Part shown: one piece after another, positions 34,624 through 44,435 of the stretch | Numbering within the stretch: position 1 is the stretch's first letter | Layout: every line of letters begins with the position of its first letter | Source of the DNA: Candidatus Daviesbacteria bacterium GW2011_GWA1_41_61 | Lineage (GTDB): Bacteria; Patescibacteriota; Microgenomatia; Daviesbacterales; UBA10151 | Reading direction: 5' to 3' | DNA length: 59,786 nucleotides | Assembly: GCA_000997385.1 (NCBI GenBank) | Contig: LCBT01000001.1 | Location: forward strand, 115,707 to 175,492 | The notes under the pieces: generated by a model | Seen by the model: only the letters and a program-made list of their open reading frames with translations | Told to the model about the DNA's origin: nothing | Database searches by the model: none | Made by a program: the position numbers and the translations under genes

Positions 34624-36756
34624 CTAATTATCCAGAAGGTAGTCTAACTGGGTGGTGCCAATTTCTACTGAAGTGTCAGTAGGAAAATTAAAAGATACCT
34701 TCTGTAAATACTCTCCTCCAGCGGGGATGATAAATTTATATTCATGCCACAGGTTATCAGTTAAAAGTTTAACTTTGACAAACTTATCTTCAGTTATTAA
34801 CCCGGAGGTATTATATTCCCAGGACATTTCCATCTCTTTTTCTTTACTTTGGCTCGAAAACTTCAGGGGGATCTTTACCTCTAAAGGTAACAGAGTCCAG
34901 ATCGAAGATGTGGGTGTAAACTGGAAAACTTTTAAATCATTACTAGAGAGCTCCTCTTTCCAACTATCAATAGCAACAGAAATTGGTTGATTTGGACCAG
35001 CTAATAACTGCCTAGTAATAGAACTTGTATCCCTCAACCCATCTTTATCATAAATAAATGTATAAACATCTTGGTAAGACAAGTTAGGATTTTTCTTCAA
35101 TAATCCTGGTATTTCTCCTGCAGTCTGTGGCAGGATGATATTTTCTTTCTGAGTTTGATAGTGTACCGCATATGCTACTTCTGAGCCAAAATATCCTACC
35201 CTAGCTGCATCTCCCACAGTAAATTGCAGCTGCTTAGTTACCCCTTCTAAATAAATTATTGTTGGCTGATTAATCCTGGGTATAAAGGAATGTAAATTTT
35301 GATACATCCTTTTAGCATGTTGACTATAGTCTTGTCTAAATTCCCTTTGAGTTGTGTAAGCAAATATCAAACGTGGTAAAACTAAAATTCCTACTACTGC
35401 TAATAATAAAATTTGAGCCAGTCTTCTTTTCCTTAACTCCTTTTGGTAAAACTCCTTGGTGATAAAAATGATTGGCAGCAAGGCTACAGTAAACGATGGC
35501 AGTAGTAAGTAACGATTATAGCTTACCAAGACTCTCTCCGGGATAGTTATAAAAAAAATAGCTAATATACCAAAAATCGCCAATAAGCTAAACAGTGATA
35601 GTAACTTAGATTTAGGTATTCCCAAAACAATCCAGACTATTAGAAAAATTAACCACATTCCACCGTTAAAAATAGCCACTAGATCACCTTTATCAATAGT
35701 GATTTGGTGTATGGCCATAGCCCAGAGGAGAGAAAAAAGTACCACCGCGGTAATTATTTTCCCCAATGTTATAGCGGAATATATCGCCGGGCGGAGAAAT
35801 TTCAGGTAAATAAACAAAGTCACCGCTAAAAAAATTGTTGGTAAACCAGTCAGCCAAAATTTAATCAGAGTCAAACTCTGTCCTGATGTTCCTAAGCTGG
35901 CATTAAATTGTTCTTGTAAGGGAGTAGGAATAATCATATTCCAAAAAGTTCCTAAAAAGTTGAGGATATATAAAGGAGAAAGATTTACCAGTAATCCCCA
36001 AAATTGAGTTGGTGGGTTAACTTTATATCCCAGTAACAATACCGAAGGGTGTAAGAAATATTGTATTAAAAATACTAATAAAAAAAGAACATTTCTAATG
36101 ATCAACTCCTGGCTCTTTCTCTTCCAAGAGATAATCCAATCTAAGGCTAAAAAGATTAGGAGTGAGCTACCAGTTCTTTGGGGGGTAATTTCTAAGGTCA
36201 AGGCAAAAGCTATTAAAGAACTAACCAACCAGACTTTTTTACCATTTTGAAGATAGATTAAAAAAGTTACCAAACCAGCCAGTAAAATATCTAAGGCCAG
36301 AATTGTCCCTAAGCCATCTCCCATGGTCATTTTCATGGCATCCTGTCCTACAAAACCGGCAGCAAAAACCAGAGTGCTAAAGAAAGCTATTAGTAAGTTA
36401 CTAACTAATCGCTTCAGAAAATAAAATAGCAGCCAAGAAGCAATAACATATAAAATAATTACTGTCAGGAAATAGTAGCTGGCATTAAGTCCAAAAAACT
36501 GCCTAGCATATCTTTCTAGTAGTAAGGCAAGGTGGTAAGGATAGGCAAACCCCGGATGAGTTGAGAGATTAGCCAGTTGACCTAAATAAAGACCAGTATA
36601 ATCATCACGCCAGAAATACATCCCCAGCAGCTGGTGATAAGAAAAAAGTACCACCACCGCCAGTAAAATATAATAAATAAAGTTAAATTTTTTTACTTTA
36701 GTAAAAAATTCTTTCATTTTCATCTTTCTTGATAGCCCTGTAGACCTTAATTTCAT
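34624..36756 (-). CDS. GT-C membrane glycosyltransferase of the FxxDD-loop (TMTC-like) group, with a C-terminal soluble beta-rich domain
   Basis: 710-aa ORF. The loop YFWRDDYTGLY is followed by FGLNASYYFLTVIILY. The start is uncertain: ATGs at 36756, 36723 and 36717 give overlaps of 59, 26 or 20 nt with the upstream gene. Confidence 0.55.
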   Translation of the reverse strand: MKLRSTGLSRKMKMKEFFTKVKKFNFIYYILLAVVVLFSYHQLLGMYFWRDDYTGLYLGQLANLSTHPGFAYPYHLALLLERYARQFFGLNASYYFLTVIILYVIASWLLFYFLKRLVSNLLIAFFSTLVFAAGFVGQDAMKMTMGDGLGTILALDILLAGLVTFLIYLQNGKKVWLVSSLIAFALTLEITPQRTGSSLLIFLALDWIISWKRKSQELIIRNVLFLLVFLIQYFLHPSVLLLGYKVNPPTQFWGLLVNLSPLYILNFLGTFWNMIIPTPLQEQFNASLGTSGQSLTLIKFWLTGLPTIFLAVTLFIYLKFLRPAIYSAITLGKIITAVVLFSLLWAMAIHQITIDKGDLVAIFNGGMWLIFLIVWIVLGIPKSKLLSLFSLLAIFGILAIFFITIPERVLVSYNRYLLLPSFTVALLPIIFITKEFYQKELRKRRLAQILLLAVVGILVLPRLIFAYTTQREFRQDYSQHAKRMYQNLHSFIPRINQPTIIYLEGVTKQLQFTVGDAARVGYFGSEVAYAVHYQTQKENIILPQTAGEIPGLLKKNPNLSYQDVYTFIYDKDGLRDTSSITRQLLAGPNQPISVAIDSWKEELSSNDLKVFQFTPTSSIWTLLPLEVKIPLKFSSQSKEKEMEMSWEYNTSGLITEDKFVKVKLLTDNLWHEYKFIIPAGGEYLQKVSFNFPTDTSVEIGTTQLDYLLDN

Positions 36757-38755
36757 TTATTACCCAGGTAGCATATTGATGATCCCCAATTTGCCGGATG
36801 TTTAAAAATTGAGCTTTCTGGGGAACAAAATAGATATTCACCACACTATCCTTTGGAGGATAAAGCTTATCATAAAAAACTTCCTGCCAATCTTGTTTAT
36901 CTTCTGATAACAAAATTTGATAACCATTACGGTTTTGATCTTTGCTCGATTGGGAAGTAATTTGGAGAGAGGAAAGTATCTGAGTATTTTTTAAGTCTAT
37001 AATGATGTCTTGGGGAGAGGCAATGGGTAATTTTGAATCCCAAAAAGTAGTCTGTTTACCATCAAAGGCTAATTTTATATCTGCTTTATTACTGGACGCT
37101 GAAGCACTCCATATAGAGTGGTCTATCTCTTCTTTGTCTACCAGAAACCCTTCTAATCTTTGACGGATCTGCTTACTAGTATTAGTTAAATTATTACTTT
37201 GATGATCATATTCGAAAGCCAAAACAGACTCTAAGGGTAGTTTCTGTTCTTTGATGGTTTGAGCCAAAAAATCAAAGTCATAAAAATACCCAAATCCTCT
37301 ATCTCTAATCTGCTTATAACCTTGATCAGTTATTTCCCATAAAAACCTGTTTTGAAAAAAATCTTGGGGAAAGTTTTCTGTTGAATGATACCAAACCAGC
37401 AATGTTTGTCCTAACCCTGATTGGAAAGGTGATGTCCTAATATCTTCCGGTAAGCCATAAAAAGATTTATTGCTGGTAAGGTAAAAGATTGTCCTGGGAG
37501 GAAGTTGGGGATAATCATTTTTAATAGTTTGTAAGATATTTTTTCTGATAATTCCTTCTTGATATAAACTCTCCTGTTTCTGCCAATTACCTCCTACACC
37601 AATCAAAAGGTAGAGAGAAACTACTATTATCATCAAGCCTCTAAAAAGGCGATACTGACTATGTTTACTAATCCCCCAAAGAGATCCTAAAAACAAAGCA
37701 GCGCCAGCTAAACCAAAATAAAAATACCTTTCCGGATACAGCAAAAACTGATCTGCCGATCCAGGTATAAAAAGATATGGAATAGCGCTACTGAGAATCA
37801 AGGCCACAGATAATACTAAAGGATTAAATACAACTTTCGTTTTTTTAGCCAAAATTAATCCTCCCAAAATAATTAATCCTCCCAAGACCATATTTACTGT
37901 AAAAAGTTTATCTTCAGCTAGTAAAAATGGACGTATATCAGTAAACAGACGTAGTAGATTGATCATTGGTTCACTAATGAATAGCTGTCCAACATAAGCC
38001 AATGAGGTACTAAGGATTTTAGTCAAGAGATAGCTCATATTAGCCGATGCGACACCGGAATTTGGTAACCGCAAAAATAAATACCCCAGGCCAAACAAAA
38101 TCAATGGACCCAAAAAGATCACCACTTTTTTAAAATTTAGTTTTGAGCTGTTAACCAAAAAGACCACCGGTAAAAATATCCATAACCCTGCTGAGTACTC
38201 AATAATCAACACCGCCAAAGTTATTAACAGCGCTACCAAAAATGCAGTTACTAGTGGGCGCTTTAAAGACCGCTCATCAATTAGCAAATACCAGCCCAAC
38301 AACCCTAAAGTTAAAGATAAGGTATTTAAACTGACTAAGGGCCACATGACTAATTCCCCGGCTGAAGAGAAAGTTAAAAAGAGAATAGAGGATAAAAAAG
38401 CAGTTAAGACATTGCGAAAGATTTTCTTACCCAACAAAAAAAGTAAAAAACCGTTTAGTAAATGGATGCTTAACCCAATTAAGTTGTATCCTACAAAGTT
38501 AAGTTTAAAAAGATAAAAAGTTATTAAACTGATCAAATTGCCTAAAGGTACAAAATGGTTGATATCTCCTTCGGTAAACCTGTAAAAAATCAAATCCCAT
38601 CCCAACAGTATTTTGGTACCAAAGCTGTACCATTCATCTTGTTGAAAAAATATCAAAGGGACCTTCGGATAAGTTAGAATAACAACAGACAGTAACACTA
38701 AAAAAACTGGCAGGGTTGGCCTTTTTTGCATATTGTTTACAATAGTCTTTATCAT
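36698..38755 (-). CDS. GT-C membrane glycosyltransferase (FxQDE loop) fused to a C-terminal F5/8 type C (discoidin) domain
   Basis: 685-aa ORF. Loop FFQQDEWYSF. The C-terminus DIKLAFDGKQTTFWDSK...IIIDLKNTQILSSLQI...YQILLSEDKQDWQEVF...AQFLNIRQIG...VINEIKVY follows the discoidin pattern. ATG 38755 overlaps the upstream TGA (ATGA). Confidence 0.65.
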   Translation of the reverse strand: MIKTIVNNMQKRPTLPVFLVLLSVVILTYPKVPLIFFQQDEWYSFGTKILLGWDLIFYRFTEGDINHFVPLGNLISLITFYLFKLNFVGYNLIGLSIHLLNGFLLFLLGKKIFRNVLTAFLSSILFLTFSSAGELVMWPLVSLNTLSLTLGLLGWYLLIDERSLKRPLVTAFLVALLITLAVLIIEYSAGLWIFLPVVFLVNSSKLNFKKVVIFLGPLILFGLGYLFLRLPNSGVASANMSYLLTKILSTSLAYVGQLFISEPMINLLRLFTDIRPFLLAEDKLFTVNMVLGGLIILGGLILAKKTKVVFNPLVLSVALILSSAIPYLFIPGSADQFLLYPERYFYFGLAGAALFLGSLWGISKHSQYRLFRGLMIIVVSLYLLIGVGGNWQKQESLYQEGIIRKNILQTIKNDYPQLPPRTIFYLTSNKSFYGLPEDIRTSPFQSGLGQTLLVWYHSTENFPQDFFQNRFLWEITDQGYKQIRDRGFGYFYDFDFLAQTIKEQKLPLESVLAFEYDHQSNNLTNTSKQIRQRLEGFLVDKEEIDHSIWSASASSNKADIKLAFDGKQTTFWDSKLPIASPQDIIIDLKNTQILSSLQITSQSSKDQNRNGYQILLSEDKQDWQEVFYDKLYPPKDSVVNIYFVPQKAQFLNIRQIGDHQYATWVINEIKVYRAIKKDENERIFY

Positions 38756-40872
38756 TTTCCAAGTACCGTAATGGCCACCCGATAATTATTAAAAACACAT
38801 GATTTACTGTTATCGAAAGCTAATTTAATATGTTTGGCAGATCTTCCCGCAAAGTAGTAACTAATCTTATCTTTTTCCAGATTAATTTTTCTATTAATTT
38901 GATATTGAGGAATAATATCCTTCTCCACCTGCCAATCCTTCTTATTTAAAGAAGTTTCAACATAGGCTGTTTTTAGAGGGGAACAGCTCTCTTCTTCATC
39001 AAAGCTGACTTCAAGTTGGGACAATAAAACCTCCTGATTTAGGGTTATATAAAGAAAGTTATTTTCTGCAATAGTTTTTAGTAAACCATTATAAGGTTGT
39101 AGGGCTAACTGATATTCCTTTTTAGTATGATCCCAGTCGTTTTTCCAAATTTTAGCAATCGCTACTCCATCAACTTTTATTTCATAAACCGGTATTAAAA
39201 ACTTATTAACATATTCCCAAACGTAATAAAAATCTTTACCACTATCACTGAAAGTCAGTTCCATTAAATACTCCCCCTCTCTTTTAATACCGCTAAAATA
39301 AGTTTCTTTCGGTTCCAAAGAGGTTTTTGGTTCATCCAAATTATCGGTAGTGGGAAGATAGCGGATGTCAGACCGGAAAAATATCAGCGGAGCATTGGCT
39401 AAAGTTCCCTGCAAAAGCGCCACCTTAGCCCTCTGTTCTGTGTGAGAGTTAAGCCACTTTATTCCCTCAAGGTAAGCATTGCCAAAGCTGTTGCCAAAGG
39501 CTGGAAAATTACGATCTGCCGCTCCCGATAGCCCTCCAATAAAGGAGTTAAAATAGACATTCTCATAAGGATGCATTTTAAAAAGAACCAGAATTGGCCA
39601 CAAAAATAATCCAATTAAAAAAAGCTGCAAAACTAAAACCATATTTTTATCTAATTTTGCACCTTTTAACCACTCAATAACTTGCCAAGCCCCAACTCCA
39701 GCCATCAAAACCATGGCTGGTAAAAACTCCATGATTTGGCGAACCCCTCCATAAATGGTAGAATGAGGCAGGCTGACTCTTAAAATAGGCACTAAAAACC
39801 ATAAAAGCCACAACCAGACAATCAGTTTTTTACTTCCTCTCTGGATCCAGACAGAAATTAAACCAAGTAAAAATAAAATTAGGACTAAGGGTGGAGTAGT
39901 AAAGAAAATCCACTGCCAAGGATAAGTGTTGAAACCACCAATAAAAAAACTGTCTGGTTGATAACGTACACCGCTACCAATCTGTTGATAGTACCTTAAG
40001 ACACTTAAAAAGTTGGGAACTATATTTGACCAAAGATAAGGCCAGCTGCCAATAAAAATTCCGAGGGTAATTATAGGCCCTAAAACAAGTCCTAGTAAAT
40101 ATCTTTGGGGTATTTTTTTAAAAGTAAACTTCTTTTTTAAAAAAATATGGTGATACCTTAACAAAAGATAGGGTATTAAAATTAACGGTAAAAAAAGAAT
40201 ATTAAATTTTGTACTTAGTGCTAGCCCCAAAAAAATCCAAAACCATATCAGCCAAAACAAACTGCCTTTATTTAAAGAATTTATAAAAGCCCAAATAGCC
40301 GCAGCAAAAAAGGCTGTCTGTGGCGGATCTTTGATATTAAAGTGTGATTCAGCCCAAAACAGCGGATATGTTACCAAGGATAAAAAGGAGACCAACCCGG
40401 CAAATAGGCCAAAATATTGTATAGCAAAATAAACCACTACCAAGACCAATAAAGCTGCTGCCAGAATATTAAAAAGATGATGGGCCGAGATATCATCTAA
40501 TACTCCCAGTTTCTGAAAAAATATAAAATTACTCAAGGCTGCCAATTCTCCGTTTAATGGCGGGTGTCCACTGTCTTTTTCTAAAAAAAAATTTCCGTTA
40601 TGATAGTCATTTTGATACAAACTCCGACGGGGAGGAGGAATCCTTCTAGGGTCTCCCTGGGTCCCTTGTAAATTAACACTGGGAAGTTGGTGATAATCCA
40701 AATCTCCAGTTAAAAAATAGTGCAGGTAGGCTTGACCGCGGCGGAAATGAATTGTCTCATCCCAGGAGATGTTATAGTCTAAAAGTGTTAAAAAAGCTAC
40801 TGTAAAAAAAATAGCCGCCAACATAAAAGAGACCAATTTTATTTCCAAAGGAAAGAACTTGTTCATTTTCAT
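38752..40872 (-). CDS. PMT_2/ArnT-like GT-C membrane glycosyltransferase with a weaker discoidin-like C-terminus
   Basis: 706-aa ORF. Motifs SWDETIHFRRGQAYLHY, GHPPLNGELAALS and HFNIKDPP. The C-terminus VETSLNKKDWQVEKD...AKHIKLAFDNS...VAITVLG is discoidin-like by eye. The start overlaps the upstream stop by 1 nt (TAATG). Confidence 0.65.
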   Translation of the reverse strand: MKMNKFFPLEIKLVSFMLAAIFFTVAFLTLLDYNISWDETIHFRRGQAYLHYFLTGDLDYHQLPSVNLQGTQGDPRRIPPPRRSLYQNDYHNGNFFLEKDSGHPPLNGELAALSNFIFFQKLGVLDDISAHHLFNILAAALLVLVVVYFAIQYFGLFAGLVSFLSLVTYPLFWAESHFNIKDPPQTAFFAAAIWAFINSLNKGSLFWLIWFWIFLGLALSTKFNILFLPLILIPYLLLRYHHIFLKKKFTFKKIPQRYLLGLVLGPIITLGIFIGSWPYLWSNIVPNFLSVLRYYQQIGSGVRYQPDSFFIGGFNTYPWQWIFFTTPPLVLILFLLGLISVWIQRGSKKLIVWLWLLWFLVPILRVSLPHSTIYGGVRQIMEFLPAMVLMAGVGAWQVIEWLKGAKLDKNMVLVLQLFLIGLFLWPILVLFKMHPYENVYFNSFIGGLSGAADRNFPAFGNSFGNAYLEGIKWLNSHTEQRAKVALLQGTLANAPLIFFRSDIRYLPTTDNLDEPKTSLEPKETYFSGIKREGEYLMELTFSDSGKDFYYVWEYVNKFLIPVYEIKVDGVAIAKIWKNDWDHTKKEYQLALQPYNGLLKTIAENNFLYITLNQEVLLSQLEVSFDEEESCSPLKTAYVETSLNKKDWQVEKDIIPQYQINRKINLEKDKISYYFAGRSAKHIKLAFDNSKSCVFNNYRVAITVLGK

Positions 40873-43583
40873 TAATTCTCCACAAATTTTTTAATCAGTC
40901 CCCACTTTTTTATCTCTTCCAAATTTAAGTTTTCCAGTTTAACCGATTGCACCTCTAATTTAACTGGCGCATTGACCGCACTAATTGTCAGATCCTTCAT
41001 CACTATCCCCCCTGGGTTTAATACCAGTTGATAGGTATTCACATTATCAAAACTACCCACTAAAACTGTCCTTTCCCCTCCGCCTTTATTTGTACTCCAG
41101 CTTACCTTAAGCTCAAGCAAAGGAGCTATCTTAGAAAGCAATAAATTCAGTTCATCCCGGGTGCTAATAAAATCAAAAGGGCTTTTGATAAAAGATAGAG
41201 CTTTTTGCGGGTCAATATTATCGTAATCTGAAGCTACAACCTCAACTTCACTTAAACTTGGGGCATCATTGGAAAGTGTGGCCGTAATATCCATCCTGAC
41301 ATATCGTCCAACTACCTCATCAAAATCCTCCACCACCACCTCTCCATCCTGTCTCTCGAGACCGTTAACCACCCTTTTGACCTCTATCCAACTTTCCTTA
41401 TCGGAAGAAACATCAATAGCATAAGAGATGGGGGTGAGAGTATGATTCCAATTAGTCCAGACAACTTTACTAATTTTCTTCACTGCTCCTAGATCAATGA
41501 TTACTTGCTCATGTCTTTTTTCATGCCAGTAAATTCTATGACCACGCCAACTAGTCACTGGATCGTCATCGACGATATTGTATATTTCTTGATACTTCCA
41601 CTGCGACAAACTGGTTGCCTTGACCGCTTTATAATACTCCTGTCGGGAAAGTAAATAATCAACCACCTGTTGCTTTTGGGCAGAAAGATATAAACTGCTT
41701 TTTTGCCCACTTTGAGAATAGGGAAAAACAATCTGATCAGTCCGAGGAATTACTTTCGTCTGTAAAATTAACAACATAGGTGTTAAAGGATGGGTTTTAA
41801 TTTCACCAACTAAAGGAATACCGGAGGCAGCCCCAGGTTGAAGCGATAAAATCTCTGCCTTTGAACCATCTTTGACTAAATTCCTCATCGCCTCAGTGGT
41901 ATTAATTAACCCCTGCTCCCCATAATAAAAACTGTAAAGGCTATCCACTTTTATTTCCTTATCTGCCAGTTTAGATAAAAGTTCATCAAAGTTATCAATT
42001 AGGGACAAGTCGTAGCGGTCAACACCGTAGTAAATAGCTAGGGCAGTTGATTCAGGCATAGAACCAACGGAAAAAAAGTTCCTAAACTGAAATTTATAAA
42101 AATTATCATCTTTAATATCAAAATAAAAAACTGCTCCCTTTTCAATACGGGGAACAAATTTCTTCAAATCCTGATAAAATTTCCGGGTCGGTTGACTGAT
42201 ATCCGCAACAACCTGTCTTTGACGATTTACCTCTAGATAAAGATTATTTCCTAATAATAAAATTAGCGGTAAGGCAGCCCAAAGGTGAGCATATTTACTC
42301 CCGAGGAAGAGTGAGCCCTTTTTTCTTCCCAGGAAAGGAGATTTTAAAATTTTTTCAAATAAAACAAAGCTTATACCTCCAGCAATGATACTGTAACCGA
42401 CAAAGCTGTAAGTTAAATAACGGTGAGTTGTACTGAAGATTGACTCCTGATACTGGATGAAATAGCCAAAAACTTGTGAAGCGAGCATCGCCAAACCAAA
42501 AAGCAAAGCCAAGGCTAAATCTTTGTGAGTTTTCCACAACGTTATAGCTAAAGCAATTATTAATATTGGCAAGTACAACCCCAAAGCTCCGGAGATAAAA
42601 TCACTTTCTGATCTATACCAAAATAAATTTTTACTGATAAATAATTTATTTAAAAAATATAACCCACTAAAAAAAACTACCGAAGCCATCTTGATTTTGA
42701 ATCCTGCTGAAAAAAATCTTAACAATAACCAAGACAAAACTATAAATATCAGCAGCAGTAAAAGCTGTTCTTTGGGAAGGTGGGCCAAAACATATTTTAA
42801 CTGCCAGACATTTGGTATCAAAGCATTACCTAAAGTGGCAAAAAAACTGGCCAAAACTTCGACTTTACCTTGAAGTAGATTGTTTATTACCAAGCCCAAA
42901 CCAGAGCTCCCTACCGTCTCACTTAAATAACGGTTATAAAAAAGAAACCAAAAAGGAATTTGCCGTAAAATTAACCAGGGTATTTGTCTAAACTGCCAAA
43001 ATTTAACAGTCAGAAGCAAATCTAGTACTAAGATGGGAATAATCAGACTGTGGGAGCGGATAAAGACAAACTCTACTGCCCCATAAAAAAGCAGTAAGCT
43101 TAGAAAATAATACCAAAACTTGGGAGGACTTCTTAAAAATTTCACTAAGGCCCAAAACGAGAGTAAGGCAAAAATTAGGCCAAAGTTGGTTTGCCAAGAG
43201 TTACTGATACGAAGCATAGTGTCTGAACCGATATAGCCAGCAGCATAAACCAAGGTTGATACAAAACCGGCTTTTTTACTTTGGAAAAGCTGAGTGGCAA
43301 AAAGATAAAAAGAGGCGGCAGAAAGGTAATAAGCAATCAGTCCAACTAAAAAATAACCAGTTGGGTTTAAACCAAAGATGGGAAAAAATGGGACAAAGGG
43401 GGTAACCAAATATTTATATGGGCCCTGACCGATAATTCCCTCTCCATAACTTCCAGCTGGACCTTGCGGATTTTGCAGCTTAAAGATTAAAGCTGAATCA
43501 TCCTGCCAAAAATACATCCCCAAAGTTTGGCCGTAAGCAATAAAAATAATGAAGATAACTACTAAAATAGCCCAAAGTTTCAT
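40872..43583 (-). CDS. GT-C membrane glycosyltransferase (FxQDD loop) with an internal F5/8 type C (discoidin) domain and an extra C-terminal domain
   Basis: 903-aa ORF. Loop YFWQDDSALIF. The discoidin pattern DDDPVTSWRGH...QVIIDLGAVKKISKVVW...YAIDVSSDKESWIEV...GRYVRMDIT...SLSEVEVV is encoded at about 41235..41600. Confidence 0.65.
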   Translation of the reverse strand: MKLWAILVVIFIIFIAYGQTLGMYFWQDDSALIFKLQNPQGPAGSYGEGIIGQGPYKYLVTPFVPFFPIFGLNPTGYFLVGLIAYYLSAASFYLFATQLFQSKKAGFVSTLVYAAGYIGSDTMLRISNSWQTNFGLIFALLSFWALVKFLRSPPKFWYYFLSLLLFYGAVEFVFIRSHSLIIPILVLDLLLTVKFWQFRQIPWLILRQIPFWFLFYNRYLSETVGSSGLGLVINNLLQGKVEVLASFFATLGNALIPNVWQLKYVLAHLPKEQLLLLLIFIVLSWLLLRFFSAGFKIKMASVVFFSGLYFLNKLFISKNLFWYRSESDFISGALGLYLPILIIALAITLWKTHKDLALALLFGLAMLASQVFGYFIQYQESIFSTTHRYLTYSFVGYSIIAGGISFVLFEKILKSPFLGRKKGSLFLGSKYAHLWAALPLILLLGNNLYLEVNRQRQVVADISQPTRKFYQDLKKFVPRIEKGAVFYFDIKDDNFYKFQFRNFFSVGSMPESTALAIYYGVDRYDLSLIDNFDELLSKLADKEIKVDSLYSFYYGEQGLINTTEAMRNLVKDGSKAEILSLQPGAASGIPLVGEIKTHPLTPMLLILQTKVIPRTDQIVFPYSQSGQKSSLYLSAQKQQVVDYLLSRQEYYKAVKATSLSQWKYQEIYNIVDDDPVTSWRGHRIYWHEKRHEQVIIDLGAVKKISKVVWTNWNHTLTPISYAIDVSSDKESWIEVKRVVNGLERQDGEVVVEDFDEVVGRYVRMDITATLSNDAPSLSEVEVVASDYDNIDPQKALSFIKSPFDFISTRDELNLLLSKIAPLLELKVSWSTNKGGGERTVLVGSFDNVNTYQLVLNPGGIVMKDLTISAVNAPVKLEVQSVKLENLNLEEIKKWGLIKKFVEN

Positions 43584-43586
43584 GTT

Positions 43587-44354
43587 TTACGAGGCCATCT
43601 TGACAGCAAAAATTTTAAAGCGGTAAAGACTCCAACCGGATAAAAGGTATTTTACTAGAGCTGACAGCGTTCCCAGGCCATATTGCACTGAACGGCGGAA
43701 ATTGATTGACGAAGCTTCGGGAAAATACCTCACTGGGACAGGGATTTCTCCAATGCGGTAGCCAGATTTAATGACTGAAACTAAAATTTCCTGATCAAAG
43801 ACAAAATCATCAGAGAATTTATGAAAAGGGACATTTTGTAAAACTCTTTTATGAAAGGCTCTAAATCCCGTGTGATATTCTGATAAATTCTGGCCTAAAA
43901 TAATATTTTCCACAATGGTTAAAAATCGGTTGGAAATATATTTATAAAGGGGCATACCCCCAGATAAAGCTTCCTGGCGGGTTCTGATTCTAGAACCCAG
44001 CATAACATCGAAACGGCTATCGATAATCGGTTTGACCATCTCTCCAGTTAAAGTACTATCATATTGATAATCGGGATGAATCATTACCACAATATCAGCA
44101 CCATTGCTTAAAGCTGTGGTATAACAGGTTTTTTGGTTACCGCCATAACCTCTATTTTGGGGATGGACAAAAGTGGTCAGTCCCAACTTTTTAGCCACAG
44201 AGATAGTTTTATCATGGCTGCCATCATCAACTAAAATCACTTCTTGGGCCACACCTTTAGGGATATCATCGTAGGTTTTTTTTAAGGTTTTCTCAGCGTT
44301 ATATGCCGGCATAACAACTATAACTTTTGCCTTCTTATTAGTAGAGTTTCTCAT
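43587..44354 (-). CDS. GT2 polyprenyl-phosphate glycosyltransferase (Dpm1/ArnC-like), first gene of a five-gene GT-C operon
   Basis: Motifs VIVVMPAYNAEKTL, VILVDDGSHDKT, NRGYGGNQKT and IHPDYQYD. ATG 44354 is preceded by GGGAG with a 10-nt spacer. The track start at 44357 is TTG. Confidence 0.8.
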   Translation of the reverse strand: MRNSTNKKAKVIVVMPAYNAEKTLKKTYDDIPKGVAQEVILVDDGSHDKTISVAKKLGLTTFVHPQNRGYGGNQKTCYTTALSNGADIVVMIHPDYQYDSTLTGEMVKPIIDSRFDVMLGSRIRTRQEALSGGMPLYKYISNRFLTIVENIILGQNLSEYHTGFRAFHKRVLQNVPFHKFSDDFVFDQEILVSVIKSGYRIGEIPVPVRYFPEASSINFRRSVQYGLGTLSALVKYLLSGWSLYRFKIFAVKMAS

Positions 44355-44391
44355 CAAATTATCACTCCCTAAAACCCTTCAAAGCACCACC

Positions 44392-44420
44392 ATAATATCA
44401 CCAACCTAAAACAGTGTAAA
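44392..44420 (-). promoter_or_regulatory. Candidate promoter TTTACA-17-(TGa)TATTAT with an SD-containing leader
   Basis: The minus-strand hexamers correspond to plus-strand tgtaaa 44415-44420 and ataata 44392-44397. The leader is about 30 nt and carries GGGAG before ATG 44354. Confidence 0.4.
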
Positions 44421-44435
44421 TATTGTCATAATCAT

